Below the pieces are notes generated by a model. The model saw nothing but the letters and a program-made list of their open reading frames with translations. It did not search any database and had not been told where the DNA came from. Made by a program: the position numbers and the translations under genes. DNA of 64,000 nt from positions 28,520,001 to 28,584,000 of the forward strand of contig OZ024741.1 of the NCBI GenBank assembly GCA_964016885.1. The letters run 5' to 3'. Shown one piece after another: positions 41,551-54,344 of this stretch (positions are counted from its first letter, which is position 1; each line of letters begins with the position of its first letter). Source of the DNA: Eledone cirrhosa. Taxonomy: Eukaryota.

Positions 41551-43975
41551 GAAGAAGAAGAAGAAGGAGAAGAAGAAGAAGAAGAAGAAAAAGAAGAAGA
41601 AGAAGAAGAAGGAGAAGAAGAAGAAGAAGAAGGAGAAGAAGAAGAAGAAGAAAAAGAAGAAGGAGAAGAAGAAGAAGAAGAAGAAGAAGAAAAAGAAGAA
41701 GAAGAAGAAGAAGAAGAAGAAGGAGAAGAAGAAGAAGTAGAAGAAAAAGAAGAAGAAGAAAAAGAAGAAGAAGAAGAAGAAGGAGAAGAAGAAGAAGAAG
41801 AAGGAGAAGAAGAAGAAGAAGAAGAAGAGAAGAAGAAGAAGAAGAAGAAGAAGAAGAAGAAGAAGAAGAAGAAAAGAAGAAGAAGAAGAAAAAGAAGGAG
41901 AAGACGAAGAAGAAGAAGGAGAAGAAGAAGAAGAAGAAAAAGAAGAAGAAGAAGGAGAAGAAGAAGAAGAAGAAGAAGAAGAAAAAGAAGAAGAAGAAGG
42001 AGAAGAAGAAGAAGAAGAAGAAAAAGAAGAAGAAGAAGGAGAAGAAGAAGAAGAAGAAGAAAAAGAAGAAGAAGAAAAAGAAGAAGAAGAAGAAGAAGGA
42101 GAAGAAGAAGAAGAAGAAGAAGAAGGAGAAGAAGAAGAAGAAGAAGAAAAAGAAGAAGAAGAAGAAAAAGAAGAAGAAGAAGAAGAAGAAGGAGAAGAAG
42201 AAGAAGAAGAAGGAGAAGAAGAAGAAGAAGAAGAAGGAGAAGAAGAAGAAGAAGGAGAAGAAGAAGAAAAAGAAGAAAAAGAAGAAGAAGAAGAAGAAGG
42301 AGAAGAAGAAGAAGAAGGAGGAGAAGAAGAAGAAGAAAAAGAAGAAGGAGAAGAAGAAGAAGAAGAAGAAGAAGAAAAAGAAGAAGAAGAAGAAGGAGAA
42401 GAAGGAGAAGAAGAAGAAGAAGAAGAAGAAAAAGAAGAAGAAGAAGGAGAAGAAGAAGAAGAAGAAGAAGAAGAAGAAGAAGAAGAAGAAAAAGAAGAAG
42501 AAGAAGAAGGAGAAGAAGAAGAAGAAGAAGAAAAAGAAGAAGAAGAAGGAGAAGAAGAAGAAGAAGAAAAAGAAGAAGAAAAAGAAAAAGAAGAAGAAGA
42601 AGAAGAAAAAGAAGAAGAAGAAGAAAAAGAAGAAGAAGGAGAAGAAGAAGAAGAAGAAGAAGAAGAAAAAGAAGAAGGAGAAGAAGAAGAAGAAGAAGAA
42701 GAAGAAGAAAAAGAAGAAGAAGAAGAAGAAGAAGAAGTAGAAGAAGAAGGAGAAGAAGAAGAAGAAGAAGAAAAAGAAGAAGAAAAAGAAAAAGAAGAAA
42801 AAGAAGAAGAAGAAGAAGAAGAAGAAGAAGAAGAAAAAGAAGAAGAAGAAGAAGAAGGAGAAGAAGAAGAAGAAGAAGAAAAAGAAGAAGAAGAAGGAGA
42901 AGAAGAAGAAGAAGAAGAAGAAAAAGAAGAAGAAAAAGAAAAAGAAGAAGAAGAAGAAGAAGAAGAAGAAGAAAAATAAGAAGAAGGAGAAGAAGAAGAA
43001 AAAGAAGAAGAAGAAGAAGAAGAAGGAGAAGAAGAAGGAGAAGAAGAAGAAGAAGGAGAAGAAGAAGAAGAAGAAGAAGAAGAAGAAGAAGAAAAGAAGA
43101 AGAAAAAGAAGAAGAAGAAGAAGAAGAAGGAGAAGAAGAAGGAGAAGAAGAAGAAGAAGGAGAAGAAGAAGAAGAAGAAGAAGAAGAAGAAGAAAAGAAG
43201 AAGAAAAAGAAAAAGAAGAAGAAAAAGAAGAAGAAGAAGAAGAAGAAGGAGAAGAAGAAGAAGAAGAAGAAGAAGGAGAAGAAGAAGAAGAAGAAGAAGA
43301 AAAAGAAGAAGAAAAAGAAGAAGAAGAAGAAGAAGAAGGAGAAGAAGAAGAAGAAGAAGAAAAAGAAGAAGAAGGAGAAGAAGAAGAAGAAAAAGAAGAA
43401 GAAAAAGAAGAAGAAGAAGAAGAAGGAGAAGAAGAAGAAGAAGAAGAAGAAAAAGAAGAAGAAGAGAGAAGAAGAAGAAGAAGAAAAAGAAGAAGAAAAA
43501 GAAAAAGAAGAAGAAGAAGAAGAAGAAAAATAAGAAGAAGGAGAAGAAGAAGAAGAAGAAGAAGAAGAAAAAGAAGAAGAAGAAGAAGAAGAAGAAGAAG
43601 AAAAAGAAGAAGAAAAAGAAAAAGAAGAAGAAGAAGAAGAAGAAGAAGAAGAAGAAGAAGAAAAAGAAGAAGAAGAAGAAGAAGGAGAAGAAGAAGGAGA
43701 AGAAGAAGAAGAAGAAGAAAAAGAAGAAGAAGAAGAAGAAGAAGAAAAAGAAGAAGAAAAAGAAAAAGAAGAAGAAAAAGAAGAAGAAGAAGAAGAAGGA
43801 GAAGAAGAAGAAGAAGAAGAAAAGAAGAAGAAAAAGAAAAAGAAGAAAAAAAGAAGAAGAAGAAGAAGAAGAAGGAGAAGAAGAAGAAGAAGAAGAAGAA
43901 GAAGAAAAAGAAGAAGAAGAAGAAGAAGGAGAAGAAGAAGAAGAAGAAGAAGAAGAAGAAGAAGAAGAAGAAGAG
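41551..43975. repeat. ~2.4-kb (GAA)n purine tract with GGA/AAA interruptions
   Basis: Almost only A/G on the + strand. Confidence 0.98.
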
Positions 43976-44166
43976 GGGAAGTCTAGCGACACAGTAGAAA
44001 CTATTTAAATCTACAACGAAATAATTCATAAAATTACATGTAGTCTTCGAGCAATTTTTAGGCGTATTTTTTTTTCTCAACCTAAAAATAATGTACATGT
44101 ATATATAATCTAGAGAAAAAGATGGAGAGAGAAAGAGGAAGAAATAGTGAGGGGGAGAAAAAGGGA

Positions 44167-44221
<55 letters not shown>

Positions 44222-44374
44222 TTAGAAGGAACTTATGATTGAAAAAAAAGAAAGAAAATCAAAAAGAAAGAAAGAGAGAAAGATGGAAATAAACAAGGAA
44301 AGAAAGAAAGAGAGAAAGATAAAAATAAACAAGGAAAGAAAGAAAGAGTTACAGGGAGCGAAAGCCAGACGCCA

Positions 44375-44880
44375 GTTCTGGACTGGTACTTTATTTATTG
44401 ACACACAAATAATTAAAGGGAAGATTGACCATGATGAGGTTTGAAAACAGACTGTATATGTTACCTTCAAATACAAGCAACTATGTCAAAAACAGTTTTG
44501 TTAAATGTCTAGAGAACCTCACACTAGTCGAGGTTTAAAATTATAGTGGATGCACATGGTATCTTTAAATACAACCAGCTCTTTCACCGGCAGTTTTGGT
44601 AAATGTTTAAAAACCACACATTGGTTGAGGTTTGAAATCAGAACGCACATACAATCTTTAAATACAGCCAGGCCTTTGTTAAATATTTAAAGAACGACAC
44701 ATTAGACGAGGCTTGAAATAAGAGTGTACAAGGTATCTTTAAATACAACCAACTATCTTATGAACAGTTTTATTTAATGTCTAAAAAAAATCACACATTT
44801 GTCGAGGTTTGAAATCAGAGTAGTGCTCATGTTAGCTTCAAATACAACCAACAATCTCAAGAAGAGTTTTGTTAAATGTG
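44375..44880. repeat. SINE fragment running into a degenerate ~95-bp tandem repeat (about 5 units)
   Basis: ACTGGTACTTTATTT SINE body, then GAGGTTTGAAA...TTTAAATACAACCA...TTTGTTAAATGT recurring at ~44436, 44530, 44627, 44708 and 44804. Confidence 0.7.
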
Positions 44881-45342
44881 TAACACATTAGAAATGTTTC
44901 TCAAGTTTAAATATGCAATCATGACAAAATAGAGACAAAAAGAAATGTCGCGATTAACAGTGTTCAACGATGATGTGTGAAGAATATAAAATTACTTCTA
45001 CCTTTCAAAATATCTCTCCCTATTTCTCTCCCTGTGTATCTTATCTCCACTATCCACACACACACAGACACACATACAGACACACACATGCATACACACA
45101 CACACACACACACGCATACACACACATACACACACACAGAAGCATACACACACAGAGGCATACACACACAGAGGCATACACAGAGACACACACACAGAGG
45201 CATACACACAGAGGCACACACGCACACACACACAAAGGCAGGCGCACACGCACACACATAGATGTATATAATCAACAATACATCTGTCAACAACTTTTTA
45301 TCCTATCTATCTATTTATTTCTCTTTCTTTCTTTCTCTCTCT

Positions 45343-45870
45343 CTACCTACCCACCTACCTACCTACCTACCAACCTCCATACCTACCTACCTATCCTCCT
45401 ACCCCATCCATCCCACCCTCCCTCCCTCCCTATCTACCTACCTACCCACCTACCTACCCACCTACCTACCTACCTACCTACCTACCTACCTACCTACCTA
45501 CCTACCTACCTACCTACTTACCTACCTCCCTATCTCCCTACCCCCCTCCCTACCTACCTACCTACCTACCTACCTACCTACCTACCTACCTACCTACCTA
45601 CCTACCTACCTACTTACCTACCTCCCTATCTCCCTACCCCCCTCCCTACCTACCTACCTACCTACCTACCTACCTACCTACCTACCTACCTACCTACCTA
45701 CCTACCTATCTCCCTACCCCCTCCCTACCTACCTACCTACCTACCTACCTACCTACCTACCTACCTACCTACCTACCTACTTACCTACCTCCCTATCTCC
45801 CTACCCCCCTCCCTACCTACCTATCTACCTACCTACCTACCAACCAACCGCCCCTACCCCCTTTACCTAA
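45343..45870. repeat. (CCTA)n microsatellite with repeated C-rich interruptions
   Basis: Direct inspection; CTCCCTATCTCCCTACCCCCCTCCC block recurs. Confidence 0.95.
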
Positions 45871-46180
45871 CTAACCATCTATCCCTCTCGTTCTTTATAA
45901 CACAAAACATTTATTATGAGATGTTAATTCTAACACTATGTGATCTCCATACGCTCCACAAAAGTGTGAGATCGAATGTTGTTCTAATGTGTAAATTTTC
46001 TTTTTATTCTAGGTCTACTAATGCTGTTGATTTGAAGTATACAACGGCAAACCGTCTTACATAAACACATACAAACGCATACACTCGCGCTCATACACAT
46101 ACACACGTATGTACAGATGCATAAACACACACAGGTATCCCGACGCGCTAACACATATACATTTATTTCTATATATACAA

Positions 46181-46445
46181 TGACTGGATTTTTATTTTGT
46201 GTTTCTCCTTTGTTCTGTCCTACACCATCTTGTTTTTAACACACAACACACAAGATTGTGTAGGACAGAACAAAGAAGAGACACAAAATAAAAACCCAGT
46301 CACTGAGGAGGTCACAGAATGTGTGACGAAAGAGCTTTGACAATATATAAACAACCATCCGGTTATCGAACCAACTAACCAGCCGGAAATTTATAATAAA
46401 TTGAAGTGAAAAACATCAGATGCGTGTGTTTTTATTGGCAGCACG
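46181..46445 (+). mobile_element. Family 2 Penelope/retrozyme-like element with 5' inverted duplication
   Basis: ~53-bp inverted arms across 46181-46302 immediately precede the hammerhead; homologous to 33500-33728. Confidence 0.7.
46299..46341 (+). ncRNA. Minimal hammerhead ribozyme (family 2)
   Basis: GTCA CTGAGGA G GTCACA gaatg TGTGAC GAA AG ag CT T TGAC. Confidence 0.7.
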
Positions 46446-46980
46446 CCATTTGTTCATATTTTTCATATATTTATATATTTTCCTCCGCTGTGACCCGTCT
46501 GTTTCTTTCTTACTGCTTCCCCTTTCTCTGTATCTCTCACTTTCTTTTTACCCCCTATGCGAGTCACTCTCTCTGTTAGCCTCTTCCTCACACTTTCACT
46601 CACTCACTCTCTGCTACTCCCTCTCCATCACTTCCTCCCGTTTGACCTGTGCGAAATTCTTTCCTCGCTCACATTTCGACCAGGTTGGATGGTCTTTATT
46701 CTCTCTCGTCTACGATTTCACAGAACTTATGTTCATCCATTTCAGGGACTTGACTCCTTCTTCCTCACTTTTCGTTGCATTACCATCTTTGTTTGTTTAC
46801 TGTCTCGCTCGTTCCCTCTATTTACGTGTCCCAACGACTTTCTTTAGCCGTTGTTCGCACCAACCAGAGGTATATGGTCTTTAAAGCGATGAAATATCAA
46901 TGAAGGCTGGAAGATCACTGATGAAGGACTAATTTTATTCATATGTAACCCATTTGCAACCATGCAGCACGCCATTCTTT

Positions 46981-47121
<141 letters not shown>

Positions 47122-47718
47122 CATGTGTGTATGTGTGTGCGTGCGTACACGCGCATAGTAGCAATGCTCGTGCATATTGAACGATTATTTGACATTTTAT
47201 TTTTAAAAATTATTTATACAGAAGCTTTGATTCACGAGCTGTTATAAAGACCTCATAGGTAATTCTGAGGAGAGGACATTCTTGGAAAACTAACACAAAT
47301 AGCTATAAATCGTGAACGAAACAAAAATAAACTGTCTTTCAGGAAGATGAGTTAAACAGATTTAAATGGTTATCAGTTGTCTTGAAATCACGCAAATCTT
47401 TCTAGGAATCAATGAAGAATCTTCAGGACAATAACTTAGCTCTGAAGGAAGAGTGGCAAAGATCATGGAATGATCCAAATTGCCAACCAGTACCTTGTCC
47501 AGGACCCCACATCTAAACCAGCCGTCTTTGACATTCCCAGAAGGTAATGGTGTCCTTTAATCAGATCCACACAACACATGCCAGGATAGACCATCATCTC
47601 CATCGATGGAAAATGAAAGACAACACAGCATATGACTGTGGGGACCCTGACAAAATAGTACTGCATGTTGTTTGGAATTGTCCCCTCAGACCTTTTTCCG
47701 GCAGCCTGGAGGCTAGCC

Positions 47719-47907
47719 ATAATAATTGTTTCTACTTTTGGCAAAAGGCCAGCAATTACCCAGTACATTACTGGTACTTTATTTTATCGACCTCGTAAGG
47801 ATGAAAGGCAAAGTTAACCTCGACGGGATTTGAACTCAGACCGTAAAGGGACGTAACTGTGCTAGAAAGCATGGTGTCCGACTCTCTACCGATACTGCCA
47901 ATTCACC
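47719..47907 (-). mobile_element. tRNA-derived SINE (octopus-type), tandem copy 1
   Basis: A/B boxes and body as in 32686-32864. Confidence 0.85.
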
Positions 47908-48102
47908 ATAATAATTGTTTCTACTTTTTGGCAAAAGGCCAGCAATTACCCAGTGCATTACTGGTACTTTATATTATCGACCCCGTAAGGATGAAAGGCA
48001 AAGTTAACCTCGGCGGTATTTGAACTCAGAATGGCAAGGGCCGTAACTCTATGCGTCAAAGCATGGCGTCCGACCCTCTACCGATACTGCCAATCCACCG
48101 CC
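47908..48102 (-). mobile_element. tRNA-derived SINE (octopus-type), tandem copy 2 with 20-bp TSD
   Basis: A/B boxes present; TGCCAATTCACCATAATAAT at 47896-47915 and 48105-48124. Confidence 0.85.
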
Positions 48103-48499
48103 ATTGCCAATTCACCATAATAATGCAAATGGCACCTTGGTCTGGCTCACCAGTCTAGACTCGCCTCTCTAACTATTGTGTATATGTCATACAAGTTGTC
48201 CGGAGAAAGTAGAAACAACAACAGAAATTGTGAACATTGCCCTTTCCCCCCTTTTCTCTTATTTATAGTGATAAATATGATACTTTCTTTTTCTTTATGT
48301 TTGACTAAATATGAAATTCTTTATTGTTTTATATAATTCTATCCTAGAAATAAAAGTTCATAATGATTAAAAAAATCTAAACACTAATTAAAAACTAAAG
48401 GCTACATAATGCCGAGCTAATGAGGCGACAAGAAAATAGCTGAAAATACAAACAACAAAAGCGGTCAAAACTTACAGGTTAAAATAGGCAAAGAAACAT

Positions 48500-49120
48500 T
48501 GCAATACAGGCAGAGAATCGTAAAATTAAAATGTGAGGCTGAAGGATATATTCTTGCTACACATGGGCAAAACCGTCCTATCAGAGACGAGCAAAAGCAT
48601 GTAATAAATCAGAGCACGCTAAGTAACTGCAAAGTTCGGAATAAGTAATTAAACATTGCGCTGTGTTATGTATTAGAAAAAAGTCAACATTAACAAGGAA
48701 GAAAGATTGACCCTTTCACATACTGGAGCTTTTGTCAGCATTGTGAAATATATGAAGAAAAGTGGTGGTACACACCAGAAAAGTGCTCAGAAAATAACAA
48801 AACGACCATAGCCTATGCTATGCCAATCCATACAGAAAATACCTGATATTTTTATTGATGACAACCAGGAAAAATGGCCACTAATCGATCCAACATTCCC
48901 AATAGACGTAATATATCTCTAAATAAAATAGAGATATTTTCCAAATATAAAGATGTAGAAATAGAGATAGTTGTTATTTGTAAAAAAAAAATCCAGTAAT
49001 AATAGGTACTATGAGGATAATAAACAACATGAAAAAAAAAATAACCCAAACCTTAAGACTTACAAAAATGTACAACATTCAGATATTAGCTCTATATGGC
49101 ACTGCATAACGTACCTTCAA
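48500..49120 (+). mobile_element. Old degenerate R4/Dong-like RLE fragment
   Basis: LKCEAEGYILA..GQ..P, PIHT, SKYKDVEIEI and PVIIG remnants are colinear with the intact 59805..61037 protein. Confidence 0.6.
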
Positions 49121-49164
49121 TACAATAGTATATATTCAACTAACACATATATGCAAATATTACA

Positions 49165-49490
49165 GTGTTCGCTGTTTGGGGCAGAAATCCCGCAGATGGA
49201 TGATGGTTTGCACCGCGTATATGACATCGGGGCACCCTCCCTTTCACTGCTATAAGCAAATGTGTGCCATTTGGCGGTTCAATGATATCAGGAATTCTTT
49301 GTAGCTTTTCCTAATCTGTTCGAAGCAAAAGCTCTAGTTTAAATTTGGTCCAGCTCTCCAGACATGATTTCGTTATTCACTTCGTCAACCAGAATGGTTG
49401 CTTCCACCCAGTAGATCTTTATCATAGCTGGCACATGTCTCACAGCCACATTCGTCACATATTTACCCATATAGATGAAAGCTGAAAATC
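49165..49490 (-). mobile_element. Degenerate Tx1/L1-type ORF1 (gag-like zinc knuckle) fragment
   Basis: Manual translation across frameshifts gives YMGKYVTNVAVRHVP... IPDIIEPPNGTHLLIAVKGRVPRCHIRGANH..LRDFCPK, similar to GR.P.C..CG...H....CP. Confidence 0.45.
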
Positions 49491-49846
49491 TAAGGAAATT
49501 TATCAACTTAGATGTTGCTTAAAAATATGATGGCAGTTAAGGAAATTGTCTCTCATTCCATTTGTAATGGGTATAACTGGAAAAATACAGAATCATTTCC
49601 ATAAAGACATTGATAGATTATCTACAAGAATAGACATAGACAAGTTATATAAAATTTCTTTACAGACAATCATAATGCATTCGTGGCTATATTCATGTCT
49701 GTAAAAAAAGAAACAAAAACAAAACAAAAATCTTGTAAAGCATTTTCCCACTACATTTATCAAACTCGGACATTTTTTAAACATGCTTTCCAATAGGTAT
49801 CTAATTTATCGTGAAATCTTCAAGCCACAAATATATATATATATAT

Positions 49847-50216
49847 ATATACGATATTAACAAATGGAAACTATATTTATAAAACCATATTTATTTCATT
49901 ATACATATTTCAAGGATACCAAGTTAAATTATGGTATGCCTTCATCAGACAAAATACAATATATACCAGTTTTATAAATAAACATTGACGTACCCTTTCA
50001 AAATGCAACCGTTACTTTTGGAAGACATCAGGATATGTCTTCCAAAAGTAACGGTTGCATTTTGAAAGGGTACGTCAATGTTTATTTATAAAACTGGTAT
50101 ATATTGTATTTTGTCTGATGAAGGCATATCATAATTTAACTTGGTATCCTTGAAATATGTATAATGAAATAAATATGGTTTTATAAATATAGTTTCCATT
50201 TGTTAATATCGTATAT
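49847..50216. repeat. Near-perfect palindrome, 182-bp arms, 6-nt loop
   Basis: 49847-50028 is the reverse complement of 50035-50216, one mismatch seen; each arm has CTGATGA...GAAA. Confidence 0.95.
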
Positions 50217-50320
50217 TTACTCCAAATACTTGTCGAGTGCTTTATATCAGTTATAAAAATATTTGCTTGTTGTATCCCAACAATTTAAATAGAACTTTTG
50301 CACATATATATATATATATA

Positions 50321-50514
50321 TATAACAAAGGAATTGTGGTAAGGAACCAGATGGACCATAACGCACCAGAGTACTCAATACTTAGGGTAGTAGAGTGGGA
50401 AATAGGAAAAAGTATGACCCCGACGGCAGAGCTCAAGTCGTTTCGACGGCTATTTCTGAGTCCAGAAATGGCCGTCGAAACGGCTTGAGCGCTGCCGTCG
50501 GGGTCATACTTTTT

Positions 50515-50520
<6 letters not shown>
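50321..50520. mobile_element. Short element (homolog of 33235-33430) ending in a 57-bp-arm hairpin
   Basis: 50402-50458 pairs with 50463-50519 (3 mismatches, loop AGTC); embedded in (TA)n. Confidence 0.75.
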
Positions 50521-50574
<54 letters not shown>

Positions 50575-51297
50575 AAGAGCAATAACGATTTACTACAAAG
50601 GATGTATCGCAGATCATTTTGTGGTAACGACATAATAGTTTAGATCGATGTAGATGTTTGAACACAACATATTTTAGAGACTTCAGAAGAATGAATATGA
50701 AGGAGTTCTTTTTCGGCATTTGAACTGATATCTAACTAACTGCTGCAAAAAATCTCGCAAGATACTCTACCAGATATTCCAATCTACCACATAATAAGTG
50801 CTATTACTAACTTAATCACATGGCAAAATAAATTGGGAAAAAAATGTTGTCGAGTAAATACGACCCCAAGTATTTGACGAACATTTAATTTTATGGTCTC
50901 CTGAACAGAGAAAGCCAAAGTCGACCTAAATGGGATTTGAATTCAACGCAAATGGTTCATAATGCATAAGATAAACATTAGTTTGAATATAGATTGGTGA
51001 TAGATACGCGCTTGGCTCTCATAAAATAAAAACAAATCAAATATTTATCCTCTGAATGCTAGAGTAGAACAAAAACAACAGCAGCAACATCAAAATACAC
51101 GAATAAAAGTACCAACTGACCCAACAACACCATATATTTTAGCAAAAGTGTAAGTTGTTTTCGTTTCCATAATTGTTTAATAAATTGAGGACAATAAATA
51201 TCGAAATAAAAAAAAATTCAGAGGAACTTAGTGCCTTCGGTGATATGATCCTCAAATATACACACGCATAAATACACACAAACACACACACACACAC

Positions 51298-51336
<39 letters not shown>

Positions 51337-51435
51337 TGTATGTATATATATTTATATATTTACACATATATATTTATATATACATATATGTGTATATATA
51401 TATGTATATATATTTATATATACATATATATATAC

Positions 51436-51572
<137 letters not shown>

Positions 51573-51699
51573 TGTGCATATATATAACTATATATATAAT
51601 ATATATATATATATACGTATATATAAATACAAACATATATATACACTATAATATATATATATACATACATATATATATACACTATAATATATATATATA

Positions 51700-52432
51700 A
51701 ACGGAAAAAACTGAAACGAAATTTCATTTCTCACTCTTAGTACGGCTGTTACTTAAATATAAGTATGTATACGTACATACATATATCTATACAGACGTAC
51801 AGTAGTATGTATATATATACATACACCGAACATTTATTATAATGTTCGGTGTGTTTGTAAACAAACATCCCGTATTAAGCCGTAGTGTCTAGCAACCATC
51901 GTTGCTCATTTGTTCAACACTGACAAAGGAACGCTGTACTAGTTTCAAGCTTCTTAGCTATCGTCAGCAACGTATACCTTCCTGCCAGATGATTGAACGT
52001 CTGAAAGTATATACTTTCCTTATGCATATTAACGGCTGAGCAGCCTAATTTGCATATCGAGTGAGTTAATCGGCCGGGCGCACCGAAAACGATAAACGGA
52101 AAATATGAAACGAAATTTCATTTCTCACTCTTAGTACGGCTGTTACTTAAATATAAGTATGTATGCGTACATACATATATGTATACAGACGTACAGTAGT
52201 ATGTATATATATATATATATGTCAACACTGACAATATTGAACAAATGAGCAACGATGGTTGCGAGACACTGTACGGCTTAATTCGGGATGTTTGTTTACA
52301 AACACACCGAGTATTATAATAAATGTTCAGTGAATCCGTACGTACATATATATATATGTGTGCATGTATGTATATATATATATATACATACTACTGTACG
52401 TCTGTATACATATATGTATGTACGTATACATA

Positions 52433-52440
<8 letters not shown>
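51700..52440 (-). mobile_element. Family 1 Penelope/retrozyme-like element, partial tandem plus inverted segment
   Basis: ~110-bp direct repeat at ~51700 and ~52095; ~52238-52330 and ~52390-52437 are inverted copies of internal parts; homologous to 29772-30297. Confidence 0.75.
51931..51973 (-). ncRNA. Minimal type I hammerhead ribozyme (family 1)
   Basis: ACGTTG CTGACGA T AGCT aaga AGCT T GAA ACTAGT A CAGCGT. Confidence 0.8.
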
Positions 52441-52511
<71 letters not shown>

Positions 52512-53042
52512 GTTTACCAGACAAAAGAACAATAAAACATGGTAATGAAAACAATGGCTACGTGTGTTTGTATTTTACAACTTTGGAAGTGGCAACCTTT
52601 TCTTTAGTTTTGTTGCTGTTGTTGTCGTCGTATTTGTCTTTGTCGTCGTTGTTGTTGTTGTCCTCGTTGTTGTTGTTGTCCTCGTTGTTGTTGTTGTCCT
52701 CGTTGTTGTTGTCGTTGTCATTGTTGTTATCGTTATTGTTCTGTTTTTGTTTATCTGATATATAGATATATATATTGTTTGTTATTTTACATCTCGTAAC
52801 TTTAAAAACAGCAGAAAGAAAAGTGATTTTAAATGTTTTGGGAATTAACTATTCGAAAATATAGTAAACAACGACGAGTGGATGTGTATGTATGCATGTG
52901 TGTAAGTGTACGTGTGTGTATCTATTTAAATACACACACATATATATATATATGTATAAATATAAATATATATATATGTATATATATATATATACATATA
53001 TATATACACACACATACACACACACACATATATATATGTGTA

Positions 53043-53178
<136 letters not shown>

Positions 53179-53557
53179 ATATATATGTGTGTATATATAT
53201 ATATGAATGTATATATATACGTATGTATGTATGTATGCATATACATATAATTATGGAACGAAGCTTATCAAATAGAATGGACACAGCTTCTATATATATA
53301 AATATATATACACATATACACATATATACATATATACATATATATATATAAAAGTCTTAGAAAAATGTATTGTAGGTATAACTACAGATAGTACTTTAAA
53401 TTATGTGACTCATTGCGATATCGCAAACAAATGTTGATACTACTTGATATTCCTTTCTAAAACAGAAATATATAGGGATTACCTTTACATGTTTCACAGC
53501 TTCTTGGCCCTTATCAAAAGGGAAGTAACTCTATTCTCTCGATAGCGAAGTAAATAG

Positions 53558-54166
53558 CTATGGTGCGTCCACACATAGAATTTGCATCACCAGTCTGGAA
53601 CCCCTATCTTGCTCAGAACATTGACCGCCTGGAAACTGTTCAGAGACATGCAACCAAGCGAATACCCTCCATCAGGCATCTACCATACTCTGAGCGTCTT
53701 GCTTCCCTGGGCATGGATACATTGAAGCTCCGACGCCTGGCAACTGACTTGGTAAACGCCCACAAAATTATTAACCATCTTGCCAACAACAACTCTGAGT
53801 ATCTTTTTGATTTCCATGTGTCTAACACACGTGGGCATGCCCACAAAGTCAGAAAACAACACAGCTCCCATGACTTTCGGAAACACTTTTTCACGCTCAG
53901 AGTTGCTGAAGCATGGAACAAACTACCTGCATCAGTTGTTAGCTGTCGAGACACTGCATCCTTTAAAACCTCCATGCTTCCTGAGATTCGCCAACACTAC
54001 ACCTAATATTCCCCCTCCATACACACACACACATGTATATCATGACTCATACACTATTCACTTCCCTGACATTTGTATATTATTCTATGTATTATACATG
54101 CACCTTTGACGAGTTGTAGTGCACCTGAGCACTGTACACAATAATTTCATTATTATTATTATTATT
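53558..54166 (+). mobile_element. CR1-clade LINE 3' end with (ATT)n tail
   Basis: VRPHIEFASPVWNPY...LETVQRHATK...YSERL..L...L..RR..DL...TRGH..K......RKHFFTLRV...WNKLP..VV is the canonical CR1 C-terminus. Confidence 0.9.
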
Positions 54167-54344
54167 GTGTTCAGGGTCACCGTGGCTTTCTCCACGATGG
54201 CCCTCGGAAGTCTCCCCCCTATTGGGGAATTTTTCATTGTTATTTTATTACCTCATCTGTTTTTGGTTTTTTTTACACGCCTGTATTGTCCTGTACTGTC
54301 CTTAATGTCCACTTTGTGTAAACCCTTGTGGTTAATAAAGAAAG

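Larger units (their letters stand above)
47230..48175 (+). mobile_element. Degenerate Ingi/Vingi-like LINE 3' end, interrupted by two SINEs
   Basis: LKSRKSF...VSFNQIHTTHAR..HHLHRWKMKDN.AYDCGDPD..V.HVVWNCP (decayed CCHC); resumes after 48120 as NANGTLVWLTSLDSPL-stop. Confidence 0.6.

Noticed and set aside
41408-44098. Poly-F/L/S/K/R/E ORFs of 400-900 aa
   Set aside because: Translations of the GAA tract.
46915-46950. CTGATGAAGG as a hammerhead
   Set aside because: No matching stem II or GAAA downstream.
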